Positions 22,466-37,256 of a stretch of 64,000 bases of DNA are shown one piece after another. Below the pieces are notes generated by a model. It saw only the letters and a list, made by a program, of their open reading frames with translations, did not search any database and was not told the DNA's origin. Source of the stretch: Paragordius varius (Eukaryota > Animalia > Nematomorpha); assembly GCA_964247055.1 (NCBI GenBank), contig OZ176056.1, positions 8,618,001 through 8,682,000 of the forward strand, in the 5' to 3' direction. Numbering within the stretch: position 1 is the first letter of the stretch; each line of letters begins with the position of its first letter. The translations under genes and the position numbers were made by a program.

Positions 22466-23118
22466 ATGTCCACAGGGCATATTCTTGGGTTCTGCGCCAA
22501 CAGTAGTCGATTAATTAACTTGCGACATCATAATATAGTGGGTCACATAAAACAAAACCTCCCATCCAATGCACGACTAATATCCGAAAATCAAGCGCTG
22601 GACTTGTCAAGACTTCGACCCGATCTCGTGGTGGCCCAACAAGTGCCTTATCATCGATCCAACTGTCACCCACGAGAACGGGCCCAACGCCCTAGATGAA
22701 GCACATAATATTAAGATAGAGAAGTATCGTCACCTCACAGTCTCACTTTCCGGCCAATTTGACGAGGTTTATATCATTTCAATCGTCGTGGGCGCACTTG
22801 GATCATGGCACCCCAAAAACAAAAGATTATTCGAAAACATTAATATGAAAAATAAGGCTGAGATGAGAAAGGATATAGTCATCGAAACCATCAAATTTTC
22901 CTAATATATTCTTTGAATTTACCAGTGGTAGAAACTATATCCCCTCCTTCCCGGAAACATCCACGTCCAACCTCATCCCACAGTCCCACTGCACATCCGT
23001 AACACAATAAGGCTCAATTTGTATCAATATATCAATTCTGTCCATATGATCACCTATTTATATTCTTTTTAGCACGTTTTTTTAAATTCCTTATATTTTT
23101 ATTTTTATCAAAATAAAT
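22466..23118 (+). mobile_element. RLE retroelement fragment, copy 2
   Basis: Colinear with 1011-1660; same frameshift and stops. Confidence 0.88.
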
Positions 23119-26100
23119 ACACAAATCAAATTAAATACCTAAATAGATAGAATATGAAAAGTTAAAAGTTAAATATATTGTTCTGCTTTCGAAAAATATT
23201 TTGTGTTATAGTTTTAGGTTTTGTCATGTATATTTTCAATCTTTATAAATAGGGTTTGAAATATAGAGATAAAAATTCCTTTGCGTACAATATATTAGGA
23301 GGATTAATAAATTTGAAAAATCAACATCCCCAGAGATTAACATGAATATATTGAATATTACTCTAATGGTATTTTAAAGAATGCCTTATCCCATAGCAAT
23401 CTTCAAAATAAAAATGACGCCATCTTATCATCTATAAACCCCGGGGAGAACAGTAACAAACGCAAAAGATAAAAAGATCCAAGTGACCCTATTGGTGACA
23501 TTTAAAGCGCATGAATTACTAATTGCAAAAATATTAAGGATTAAACATTCTCGGCTAAAGCTGCTTTAAACTAATCTTATCAAATAACAAAGAATTAACA
23601 TTTAAAATCAAACAGAAGTAGGTTGGCGATGAATTCCTACATTTGGTTCACAAATACTTAAAAGACGTTGGGAATTAAAACAACTGGTGATTTTACTATG
23701 TAAATAATACATATAAAAATAAATGAATACCAACAATATAACATTTTTTACTACTCATACATTACTTTCGGCAATTTTGACTTAATAATGATATTGATAT
23801 CTAAATTACAGCAAAATACATACGTTTAAAACTATAAGTATAATAAAAAAATAAGCTTATTTAAACTGTATTACATGCAATTATTAAAGAATATACAGTA
23901 CTTCTTTATAATTTTGCTTTGCAGGAATGTATCCATCTTGCTAAAATGTAGTTATGAATATTTTTAAGGGACATTATTATAATTTGCAAATATTTATTTA
24001 ATTTTTTCATTTTTTAAACATCATTTGATAAAATTATTAAAGCCCAACACTAAATTAATAACCAGAAATAATTAAAACATATTATTTATCAATTAGATTG
24101 GATAAGCATTTTCAAAAAAAGTAATGTTTTTCCACTGTTTGGCACATTCCTTTATCAAGGTATCACCGATCTTATACGATGCCAAAGTTGTGCCAGATAT
24201 TTTGAACTGATATTGATTAACACTGCGGTTAAGAGCGGTCAATTTGTTGCAGGCATCATTAAAGTATTCATTGTCTTGTATATTATATATATATATATAT
24301 ATATGTTAACCTCGCTCTCATAATCAAATGCTCAATTCCTTAAAAAATCCTATATCTTGTTTTCTTAACTATCAGAAAAATTATTTGAATAATACATTTA
24401 AAATTAATTAGTTTGCTTATATGAAGGTATACACTTCAAACTAGCATATATCTTAAAACTATTCTCATGAACCTTAAATTATAAGATAAGAAAGACAACG
24501 CGTAAAATTATTTTCCACATAAATTGCTTTTACAAGATTTATATAACATATAATATGTTAATATTGTAATTGATAAACGAGTGTGAATAAAGTAATAATG
24601 ATAAAAAAAATTGACACAGCTCGACAACTTAACAATTGAATGGTTAGAAGTTTAAAACTTAGAGTATACAATTTAGTGCAAACCTAAGAGTCGCAATCAG
24701 CTCTTTTTGAAACCGTTTTAAACATAATAAAAATCCAAAATTAGAGACCAACCGTTTCAGGAGGCCATAACATTTAGGAAAAAAAAGTTTTTATAACTTT
24801 GGGGGAAAATTAAAAACTCTAAAAAAGATTGAGAAGCACTGCAGCGAAAAATGAAACGGTCCAGCAAAATAATCGGTTTCAGAATTAAATAAAGGAGCAC
24901 TAAATGACCAACCTGCATTTAATGATTATTTTAAAATCTTACTAATAGAGGAAGAAACAAATATTAGCATCCTAGAAGTTATACTATAAAATGTCATTGG
25001 TATATACCATTTACCTTAAATTCACCCTTAAACAATTCAAATTTACCCTATAAATGTTCAAAAATTTAAATACCTATATTTTTAAATATTTTTAAAAAAT
25101 AAAATTTTTGTTTTAAATTAAAATAATGCTGAAAAAATAATATAGCCATAAAGATATATTTCATATGATTAATGATTTATATTAGCCCAAAAACACCTAA
25201 TTTATTTGTAGGATGAATTTGAATTGTTCAAGAATGAATTTGATCTTAATGGTATAAAAAATATCATTCTTTAATGTATATATATATCTTAATTGAAAAA
25301 TGTATTAGGGAGGGTTCTTTTATTTTTAAGGCTTATAATAAAAAATTTATTTGCATTTATTATGGTAATTGGTGGATATCTTACAGTAAAAACTGTAATT
25401 ATAACGTACAAAAAGTAAAAATATAAATAATTTTTTTCCAAACCACCCTACTTTTTAAAATTTAAATACATAAATTATATATTTACAATCATAAAATACT
25501 AATGTACATCTCTATTTCATATTTCACAATATCTAACAATGATTCAAATTTACAGTAAAAACTGAAATTATACGAAAAAAAAGTAAAAATATAAAGACAA
25601 ATATTTTTTTCTAAAAGACAACTATACTTTTGAAATCGTATTTTATATAAATCATTGGAATTGTAAAATATGAAATAGAGATATAAGGTAACACTATCCA
25701 TTATATATTTTTTGATTATAATTAAATAATTTATATAGAAAAGTCTAAGGTTTAAAAAAGTATGATTGTCTTTTGAAAAGAATAATTATCTTTATGTATT
25801 TACGTTGAGTCCGTATAATTTCAATTTTACTGTAAAAAATTGCGATTGAGCAAGTATGGTTGTCTCTTAAAAAAATATTTATCTTTATATTTTACATCCG
25901 TATAATTTCAATTACTGTAAAATCGTGGAAGTAGCGCACATTATGTTTTGTAAAATATTTTCAGTAAAAATTAATGCCCAAAATAAAATATATTGTAACT
26001 ATATCTGATCAAAATAACCCTTGTAAAATATTTCATTTTTAATTGTACATTTTAATTTTTTCCCTTTTAAAAAGGACTAGTTATCCTGAATTAAATGATG

Positions 26101-27150
26101 CCGAGATTTAGCAATCAAATTGAAAAACAATTTAGATCGAAAGTTCGGACAAATATTCGGGGCGAACCTATAAATATCTATAGTTTCGGAAAAAATAAAT
26201 TTAAAAATTATACCATTTGCAAGTTGGTCATTTAACACTTCAAATTGGTTTTAACATTAAGTTTTAAAATACTTTTGGAAAACAACATTTCTAACAAAAA
26301 AATATTTTTAGATGATGATTTTGAATGTAAAAATATGTAATAAAAAACAGACTATAAGATAAATCAGTATGTAAATTATGGTAAGCAAAAATGTTTCACC
26401 AATTTGAATTGTTAAATTACCAACTTGAGCAAATGATATTAACTTATTTATTTCATCCGAAACTATAGAATTTATAAATTTAAATACTAATGCGAACCAT
26501 TGATCTCAATTGTTAATATAAAAAAATTTATGCAAAATTTTCTTAAAAATATTTTTTCCACAAATATCTCAAAACCATAAAACTCATCCAGTTAATAAAA
26601 TAAAACTTTTGAATAATAAATTATTAATGATTGTGTAGCATCAAAAAATTGTCATTCGATTGTTTGTAAATATAATCCTATTTAGTGAAACGTAAATAAA
26701 TGATAACTACTTCCGCTTTGTGCAAATTTGGTAAAAATGTGTTTTTATATAAAGGTTAAAAAAATTTGAGATGTGTTGGTTAAAAACTTGGTAAATTATG
26801 ATAATTAAAATTGAAAACTTATACCACAATTATTTAATTATTTGATGGTAAAGTGTGTCGGTTTAAATCCTGTAGCTCCGAGAACTCTATAAAAAATTTC
26901 AGAATTTGATAAGTTTTACATTTGCAACTCGTTGCATTTTAAAAAAATAATCAAATTTAAACTGTTATGACCTTTAAATGGGTCATTTTTTGTATTTTTA
27001 AAATAATAATTATTAAATACCTATTTTTGAATTAATTTTTTAAAAAACCAGCGCCCCTTCAACTATGGGGCCAGGTGCTTCAGCCCCCTTTCTCCCCGAT
27101 CTAGCTACAACATTTTTCCAAGTATTTCCGCATATACCTGAAACTTTTAG

Positions 27151-28215
27151 CTATCGAATGACATATGATTCGTAAAGAAATTTTTGATTGCCATTTTCGG
27201 CAAAGAAAGCTAAAAAACATTAACATTTATATATATTATATGACATACGTCCCAATTCAATGAGCAGTGTTTTAGTCCGGTTTTTGGAAAGATTTTCCCA
27301 GCCTGATATATTTTTAAGTCCCGAATGGTAGGCTGAGAAGTAATGTAATGCTGGTAAATTCGACAACTCTGAAATATTTAATGAATCAAATCGATTGTAA
27401 TTCAAAATTATTTGTTCAATTGATTCATTATATGCAACGTTTGTAAAGTCAACGGAGGTGATATTACTTTTGATATAAAGGGTTTTTAAATGGGGCCATT
27501 TTACAATCGGTTTCAAATCTCTCAACCCCCAAACATATAATTCTAAAAATTCAATATTATTTGATTTCATAAATATGTCGGGAGTAACCGTAAAAAAGGT
27601 GAGGGTCAAAGATTTTAGGGTTTTAGGGAAATATTGTGCGGAGTTTATTAAGTTTGTATCACGACGACTCATAGTTCTGCCTTTTATGGTTAAGGAGCGA
27701 ATCATAGGGAATTTTCGCAATATGTCAGATAAATCATAATGATCTTCCGACGCGTACAAAATCACTTCTTTGCGTTTAAATTTTTAGCACCAAAAGTTTT
27801 TGTGTATGTAATCACCTCAAGAGTTTCCAATCTAGGCAAATAAGCTTGCATGGCACTATCATTTGTTGCGTATAGAGTTAATCTCTTTATGCTTGAGTGA
27901 TTAATATGACCTACCAAACTAACTTTTTCAAGGTATTAAGTTACGTTTTGCAACATTGGAAAGAGATGTAAGATGGTCCAATTGAAATCTTTCCCAAAAC
28001 CTAATATTTTAAGATCAATCGATTCAACCATTGTATGTGTCGAAGACAATACCTTTAACAACTCATATGTATGATTAATATTTGCATCGTAATCTCGATT
28101 GGATATTTTAATATTCCGTAAAGTGAATCCCTCATTCAAAATGTATTGCGTTGGTGGATAGCACTTGAATGTACTGGTCATTTAGAACAAAAAGATTTAT
28201 AATTTTAAACATCAT
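27151..28215 (-). pseudogene. LRR pseudogene, copy 2
   Basis: Colinear with copy 1. In frame at SIKRLTL, but has TAA after NVT, a 1-nt deletion near 27770 and TAA after YKC. Confidence 0.7.
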
Positions 28216-30220
28216 GTAAATGGTTCATCTGATTTATATGAAGTTGTGAGTCACATGTGTTAATTTTAATTCTTCGACTGTGCATAGCAAAATAGATAAT
28301 AAACAGAGCAAAATATTTATATATGCTAAGCAATTTGGCTGTTTTAAAATATAAAGATTGCATCTAATTTTAACATAACGTAAATAGTATAGTCTAAATT
28401 CTTTAAATATAAGGCTTAAAATGCGGCCTCCGTTTTATAAAGTTGCGACCGTAAATATTATCCCGTCAGCAGACAGAACCGTCAATAATTCAAATATAAT
28501 TGATTGAAAGCAAGTATGATCGCAATCAGAAAAATATTTATAAGTAAAGGGTGGTGAGAAACTCAAATTCGAAGGCTTGAGGCCTTCTTCTCAAATGGCA
28601 ACAAGGGATGGGGACATGAATGAAACCAAGCAGCAAGGATTGCCGGTTTGAAGGAGCGAACTGATTACGAGGTAAATATATTGTTTAGGTGTATTGGGAG
28701 AAACTTTATTGGGGAGGCGTTCACGACGGAGCTGTGCAAAGGAGCTACCCAACCAGAAGCCCTGAATCGAGGTCCTGGACTTGGGAATGGCCTATCAATG
28801 GGATGACATATGGAAAAGAGGTAAACCTAATGTTTAGGTGGGGGGATTCTTGAGACGGAGCTTGTCAAGCCAGCACTACCCCTGATGATCAAAACAAGCT
28901 ACTTGGGAGCAGGCTTGGTTGTTGGATGGCGACTTGCTCGGATCAAACAACACTGCTACTTGGAGGATGGCATTCTGTTGAATGCACAACTCTCATTTTA
29001 CTTGTGGAGAGTTTTTGGGCCAAATGACTCTCTAGTGGGAGAATATTTCCTCCTTTGGGGAAATCAACTCTTGTTATTTTGAGAGAGTTGTTTTCTCCAA
29101 ACGTGTGAAGGAGGAGGATTTATTTCTCCCATTAGAGAGTGAGTCAGGCCCCCAAGTCCAAAATTTTATTTTGAGCACTCTTACTCCCGGACGCTCAAAA
29201 TAAAATTTTGGACTTAGAATATTTTTTAATTTTTTTTTCTCGCCCTTTGGGGGGGGGGGGGTTATATATATTTATTTATATTTTTTAATTTTTTTTTCAA
29301 AAAATATAAGATAAAGTAAGCATTATTTATTGACAATAATTATATAAAATATTCATTTTTCTGTTTGTTTTCATTCTTGTCTTGTTGGTTATTAATGATT
29401 AACGTTTTGAGATTATGGTTTGATTGGATTCGTATTTTTGTCATTCATGATCAACGTTTTAAGATGGTTTCATTGCATTATTCATGTATTTTCTGAATCT
29501 ATAAAAATTAATAAACATTAGTTTTAGAGATTAAATTTTCAATGTTATCATAACCTAATTTAAACTAGTAAATCAAATTTTAAATAATTTTTACAATTAT
29601 TGTCAATTAATTAGCATCTAGAAATTATTAGGAGGTTTAGAGCACTTTTTTTTTATAAATTTTGACGTATGAGCCATTTATTTATATAATAAAATCTTTA
29701 TTTTAAGATTTAGAGATATTAGCTGTAAACTAACTAATTTTAGCGGTTAATATTCAATATTAATTCTAAAATCACAATGATTAAAAATTTATTAAAGATG
29801 ATAAACCTATCCTTAATCTAAGAAATACACCGACTTTAACCCTTAATCTAAGCCTAACCCACAAGTTTGAAAGCCTTTAATTGTTAACCTAAACCGCAAT
29901 AAAATGAGTTTCAAAAAAATATTTTTATTCTTTTGAATAAAATAATATCAGCTATTTACAAAAAAATAACTGTTTATAAATATGATCTTCTATTAATTTT
30001 GTGGTTTTTAAATAATATTCAGACATATGCGGACTCTTTTACTTAGATATCAAATATCATAAAACAAACATAGTGTTAGGGTCAAAACAAATTTAGGAAG
30101 GCAATAATATCCTACCTATTATAAAATTATTTATTCAATGATTAAAAAACAAGTATTTCATTCAATAATTAACTACAATGGGATCAATTTAAATAATTCC
30201 TCTTATCAATTAATTAAAAA

Positions 30221-30327
30221 GAAATGCGTGGGTCTCGGCCTGCTTCGCAGCCCGAGGAAGTCCTGCGGACTTCTTTAAGGAAATGAACCAACTCCAATCC
30301 CTAACCCTAGCCCACAAACTCGAAACC
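30221..30327 (-). mobile_element. ~115 bp element, copy lacking one 6-bp G-tract unit
   Basis: As 8760-8872, but CCAATCCCTAACCCTAGCCC. Confidence 0.75.
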
Positions 30328-33300
30328 CTAAAAGTTTTTTACCCCTTATTGTAAAATAAATTTTTGCTAAATACCTTAAAATCCCTACCATTAAAAAGCC
30401 ATTGATCATGTGTTTAGTATGTTTATTACATGTAAACCATAAAATAAAACAGTTTAATTAGCAATGTTTACTAGAAATCAAGAGAAAAGGCCATTCATTA
30501 AAAGCAAAAATATTTTAAGATTAAATGATCAAGAACTATTACATGAAAACGAACATAATAGAAAGCATTATCAATTACAATATCCATTTAAATGGTTGCT
30601 TATTTCATACCATAGTAGGGCAATTCTCAACACAGTAGTGTATGGAAAAACCATACAAAGACTTCAATAAACCATTATTTTCTTCCTTTTTTCCATACAG
30701 TACTGTTGTGTTGCAATTTGCCTTACTATTATAGAAATAAGCAACCATTAAAACATATATTGTAATATAAATTTAAATTAACTGAACACGTTTGAAAAAC
30801 ATCGCCATAGAGATAAAAGTATTTATCGACAATAATTAAAGAAAATTCTTAAAGAGATATAAATTAAAATGACAAATAAGACCATTGTTCAAAGTTATTT
30901 CAAAAAATGTAATTTATTCAAAAAATTCATTAATAAACTATAAGTATATTATATATTATTTAAATTATGGTATAAATTTATCACCTAATCAATAAAAGTG
31001 AATCAAAATATTATTCAATAAACTTGGGATTTATAAGAAAATAAAAATAAAAACATTTTACAATAATTTAAATTAATGAATTATTAGTGATAAAAAGGTA
31101 AGTATTCTAATATATTCATTAAAATTAGTTATTTATAATATAATTATTTATAAAAATTACTAAACTAAAAAGAGGTATATTATCTATTTTCTAAATAAAA
31201 AACAGCTGAAAAAACTAGTTACCAAAATTTTAATATTAAACTTAAAATTAATGAAATTTTAAATATACAAAAAATCATTAGTTAAAAAGTCTTTAATTTA
31301 AATTTGTTTATAATTGGTGATAAAAAATTTAATTTATATTAATTTTATTTTTACGTTTGACAAATATTACTTGTAGTAATCAAAAATATAATTATCTAAA
31401 CAGCTGACCATGAAAATTGGTTATTTAATACACTGTAAGACAGAAAAACAGATAAATACAATAAAGTTGATAATATTTAAAAAAAGAGATTCTTATCAAT
31501 AGATTACTATAGAAATATTCTAAATTAGTTGTTTGTTGTTCTTATATCTTAGCAAAAATTCTTTAAGAGCCAAAATTTTGAAAAACTCAGGTAACTTTAT
31601 AAAAAAATATTTAAATAATGGTTAAGATATACCATAATAACTTTTGAGATTTTGACTTTTCCGCGCACACAATGTTCAGAAACCACATCATTCTAATTGA
31701 ATATAAAATAATGTTTAATAATTAAATGAATATTTTTTCTTTAACAGAAATGCTGGTTGTTATATAGTTTTTTCAATCATAGTTAACGGTTTATTAATGA
31801 TATTTAGCGTTGTTTTAAAAAAATGCGTTCACAAAAACATTATAGCGGTTATTTTCATTTATTACTAATTAACAAAAAATAAATAAATTGATTAATATTT
31901 AGCTTTTTTAGGAAAAAAACAAATTAACTATTTATTTCTAATAAAATTTAGCGTTTTTTGATGAAAATTAGGTTAAATGTAATCATTTATATAAGAATGA
32001 AAAACATAGTTTTGAAAATATCAAAAACAAACAGCTGTTACGGCTAATTCAATTAAATTGAAAAAAACATATATATTTAGCTAAAATTCTGCTAAAAAAA
32101 ATTTTTTTATACTGCCCTGTAGTTTTTCAAAATTATCTTACAGTAATTTATATCAGCTGATTTTTAATAAATATTGGAGAATAATTATTAAATTTGGCTG
32201 TTTTAATAAAAAAATAGTAATTGCATAATTTGGCTGTAGTTAAAAAATTTTATAAAAAAAATATCAGTTTTTAATTATAATTGAACTGTATTATAAAGGA
32301 TATCAACATAACTCTCCTATTAGAAATAGTTAGGGGTTTATTGGTATATAACTATATTATTAAAATCCAACTGTTTATTAGCGATTAAATAACTTATAAA
32401 ATCAGGATTTTAATTAGGTTATTTATATGCAAATTCAAATTTTTAAAAGGAGCTCTGTTTTAGAGTTTTTTTCAAAAAATATAAGCTAATTAACGGGTAT
32501 AAAATTTAAACTGTTTTTAATAAAATTAACTTTTAAAGGGCTTTTTACAAAAAATTACCCTTTAAAACCAAAAAATTAATTAACATTTTTATAAATGGCA
32601 TTGTGATAATTTAATAATGTAAAAATAAATACCAAATTTCAATATATATTCAAGCCAAACGTTTTCCATTACGATTCGTTTAAGTTTTTGCGAATTCAGG
32701 CAACGCATTTCTAAATTAATATAAGGTATATATTATACATTGCTATATTAAAATGTATATATTAATAGTATTATAATAAATTAACTGTTTGAATAAATAA
32801 ACTGTATAAATCATAAATATTTCACTTTTAATATAAATCAACTGTTATAGTTGAATCAGTATAAATAAATCATAAATTTTTGTCATTCATGATCAACGTT
32901 TTAAGATGGTTTCATTGCATTATTCATGTATTTTCTGAATCTATAAAAATTAATAAACATTAGTTTTAGAGATTAAATTTTCAATGTTATCATAACCTAA
33001 TTTAAACTAGTAAATCAAATTTTAAATAATTTTTACAATTATTGTCAATTAATTAGCATCTAGAAATTATTAGGAGGTTTAGAGCACTTTTTTTTTATAA
33101 ATTTTGACGTATGAGCCATTTATTTATATAATAAAATCTTTATTTTAAGATTTAGAGATATTAGCTGTAAACTAACTAATTTTAGCGGTTAATATTCAAT
33201 ATTAATTCTAAAATCACAATGATTAAAAATTTATTAAAGATGATAAACCTATCCTTAATCTAAGAAATACACCGACTTTAACCCTTAATCTAAGCCTAAC

Positions 33301-33662
33301 CCACAAGTTTGAAAGCCTTTAATTGTTAACCTAAACCGCAATAAAATGAGTTTCAAAAAAATATTTTTATTCTTTTGAATAAAATAATATCAGCTATTTA
33401 CAAAAAAATAACTGTTTATAAATATGATCTTCTATTAATTTTGTGGTTTTTAAATAATATTCAGACATATGCGGACTCTTTTACTTAGATATCAAATATC
33501 ATAAAACAAACATAGTGTTAGGGTCAAAACAAATTTAGGAAGGCAATAATATCCTACCTATTATAAAATTATTTATTCAATGATTAAAAAACAAGTATTT
33601 CATTCAATAATTAACTACAATGGGATCAATTTAAATAATTCCTCTTATCAATTAATTAAAAA

Positions 33663-33769
33663 GAAATGCGTGGGTCTCGGCCTGCTTCGCAGCCCGAGGA
33701 AGTCCTGCGGACTTCTTTAAGGAAATGAACCAACTCCAATCCCTAACCCTAGCCCACAAACTCGAAACC
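33663..33769 (-). mobile_element. ~115 bp element, copy in the internal duplication
   Basis: Matches 30221-30327. Confidence 0.75.
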
Positions 33770-36321
33770 CTAAAAGTTTTTTACCCCTTATTGTAAAATA
33801 AATTTTTGCTAAATACCTTAAAATCCCTACCATTAAAAAGCCATTGATCATGTGTTTAGTATGTTTATTACATGTAAACCATAAAATAAAACAGTTTAAT
33901 TAGCAATGTTTACTAGAAATCAAGAGAAAAGGCCATTCATTAAAAGCAAAAATATTTTAAGATTAAATGATCAAGAACTATTACATGAAAACGAACATAA
34001 TAGAAAGCATTATCAATTACAATATCCATTTAAATGGTTGCTTATTTCATACCATAGTAGGGCAATTCTCAACACAGTAGTGTATGGAAAAACCATACAA
34101 AGACTTCAATAAACCATTATTTTCTTCCTTTTTTCCATACAGTACTGTTGTGTTGCAATTTGCCTTACTATTATAGAAATAAGCAACCATTAAAACATAT
34201 ATTGTAATATAAATTTAAATTAACTGAACACGTTTGAAAAACATCGCCATAGAGATAAAAGTATTTATCGACAATAATTAAAGAAAATTCTTAAAGAGAT
34301 ATAAATTAAAATGACAAATAAGACCATTGTTCAAAGTTATTTCAAAAAATGTAATTTATTCAAAAAATTCATTAATAAACTATAAGTATATTATATATTA
34401 TTTAAATTATGGTATAAATTTATCACCTAATCAATAAAAGTGAATCAAAATATTATTCAATAAACTTGGGATTTATAAGAAAATAAAAATAAAAACATTT
34501 TACAATAATTTAAATTAATGAATTATTAGTGATAAAAAGGTAAGTATTCTAATATATTCATTAAAATTAGTTATTTATAATATAATTATTTATAAAAATT
34601 ACTAAACTAAAAAGAGGTATATTATCTATTTTCTAAATAAAAAACAGCTAAAAAAACTAGTTACCAAAATTTTAATATTAAACTTAAAATTAATGAAATT
34701 TTAAATATACAAAAAATCATTAGTTAAAAAAGTCTTTAATTTAAATTTGTTTATAATTGGTGATAAAAAATTTAATTTATATTAATTTTATTTTTACGTT
34801 TGACAAATATTACTTGTAGTAATCAAAAATTTTTATAGTTATCAAAAATATAATTATCTAAACAGCTGACCATGAAAATTGGTTATTTAATACACTGTAA
34901 GACAGAAAAACAGATAAATACAATATTTTAAGTTGATAATATTTAAAAAAAGAGATTCTTATCAATAGATTACTATAGAAATATTCTAAATTAGTTGTTC
35001 TTATATCTTAGCAAAAATTCTTTAAGAGCCAAAATTTTGAAAAACTCAGGTAACTTTATAAAAAAATATTTAAATAATGGTTAAGATATACCATTTGACT
35101 TTTCCGCGCACACAATGTTCAGAAACCACATCATTATAATTGAATATAAAATAATGTTTAATAATTAAATGAATATTTTTTCTTTAACAGAAATGCTGGT
35201 TGTTATATAGTTTTTTCAATCATAGTTAACTGTTTATTAATGATATTTAGCGTTGTTTTAAAAAATAAATGCGTTCACAAAAACATTATAGCGGTTATTT
35301 CTTATTTATTACTAATTAACAAAAAATAAATAAATTGATTAATATTTAGCTTTTTTAGGAAAAAAACAAATTAACTATTTATTTCTAATAAAATTTAGCG
35401 TTTTTTGATGAAAATTAGGTTAAATGTAATCATTTATATAAGAATGAAAAACATAGTTTTGAAAATATCAAAAACAAACAGCTGTTACGGCTAATTCAAT
35501 TAAATTGAAAAAAACATATATATTTAGCTAAAATTCTGCTAAAAATTTTTTTTTTATACTGCCCTGTAGTTTTTCAAAATTATCTTACAGTAATTTATAT
35601 CAGCTGATTTTTAATAAATATTGGAGAATAATTTTTAAATTTGGCTGTTTTAATAAAAAAATAGTAATTGCATAATTTGGCTGTAGTTAAAAAATTTTAT
35701 AAAAAAATATCAGTTTTTAATTATAATTGAACTGTATTATAAAGGATATCAACATAACTCTCCTATTAGAAATAGCTAGGGGTTTATTGGTATATAACTA
35801 TATTATTAAAATCCAACTGTTTCTAAGCAATTAAATAACTTATAAAACCAAGGTTTTAATTAGGTTATTTATATGCATATTCAAATTTTTAAAAGGAGCT
35901 CTGTTTTAGAGTTTTTTTAAAAAATATAAGCTAATTAACGGGTATAAAAATTTAAGCTTTTTACAAAAAATTTACTCTTTAAAAACCTAATTAATCAATT
36001 TTTTTTATAAATGTGGCATTTGGATAATTAAAGTAAAAATAAATACCAAATTCCGAAATATTCAAGGCTTACATTTTTTATTACGATTCGTTTCAGTTTT
36101 TGCGCAAATAATCGATTAAGGCAACGCATTTCTATATTAATATAAGGTAAAAATTATAAATTGTTATATAAAAATATATTATTAAACAGTATTTTTAATA
36201 AATCAACTGTATAAATTAATCATCAGTTAAAAGAAACCATAAATAATCAACTGTACAAATAAATAAACTGTTTTAAATATTATGAACTATTTAGATAAAT
36301 TAAATAAATCAGCTGATTATA

Positions 36322-36840
36322 TAAACAACTGAATAATAAAACAACTGAATAATAAAACAACTGAATAATAAAACAACTGAATAATAAAAACAACTGAATA
36401 ATAAAAACAACTGAATAATAAAAACAACTGAATAATAAAAACAACTGAATAATAAAAACAACTGAATAATAAAAACAACTAAATAATAAAAACAACTGAT
36501 TAATAAAAACAACTGATTATCTAAACAACTGATTATTTAAACAACTGATTAATTAAAACAACTGATTAATTAAAACAACTGGTTGAATAAAAACAAATGA
36601 TTAATTAAAACAACTGGTTGAATTAAAACAACTGGTTGAATTAAAACAACTGGTTGAATTAAAACAAATGATTAATTACAACAAATGATTAATAAAAACA
36701 ACTGATTTATATAAACAACTGATTGATAAAAACAACTGATTGATAAAAACAAATAATTAATAATGACAACTGATAAATAAAAAAAACTGCTTAATAAAAA
36801 TAACTGATAAATTAAAAAACCTGAAATATCAAAACAACTC
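36322..36840. repeat. 17-bp satellite, unit 2 (short allele, ~0.5 kb)
   Basis: Same monomers and same degenerate tail as unit 1. Confidence 0.97.
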
Positions 36841-37256
36841 AAATTAAAAAACAAATATTTTAAAAAATTTTAAAACATTTAATATAACTATAATATTAAT
36901 CAAGAATTTGAATTATTAAACTGTAAAAAATTACCAATTCAAAAATATCAAGCCAAAATCTTTTGCTTTACGATTTGTTTCAGTTTTTGCGCAAATAATT
37001 GATTGAGGCAACACATTCTAAAAAAATAATGAAAATATATAAATTGAATATAAACGATTAATTACAATATAATAATTCAAAAAAACGCTATTTAAGAATG
37101 AATGATATGTTTTGTGTTTAATTATCTAAAAAACCAATTTGCTGGCATTCAAGTAATTTTGCCGAATTGAGCGAATTAATATTTAAATGAAAGCATTTTT
37201 TTAAACTTTCTGATTTTTAGAATTATTATTAGTACAACATTTGGGTTTATAGGCAT

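Larger units (their letters stand above)
29434..36317. repeat. 3,442-bp internal tandem duplication in unit 2 (29434-32875 / 32876 onward)
   Basis: ATTTTTGTCATTCATGATCAACG restarts at 32876; the ORF-track offset 30464/33906 is 3442. Confidence 0.95.
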
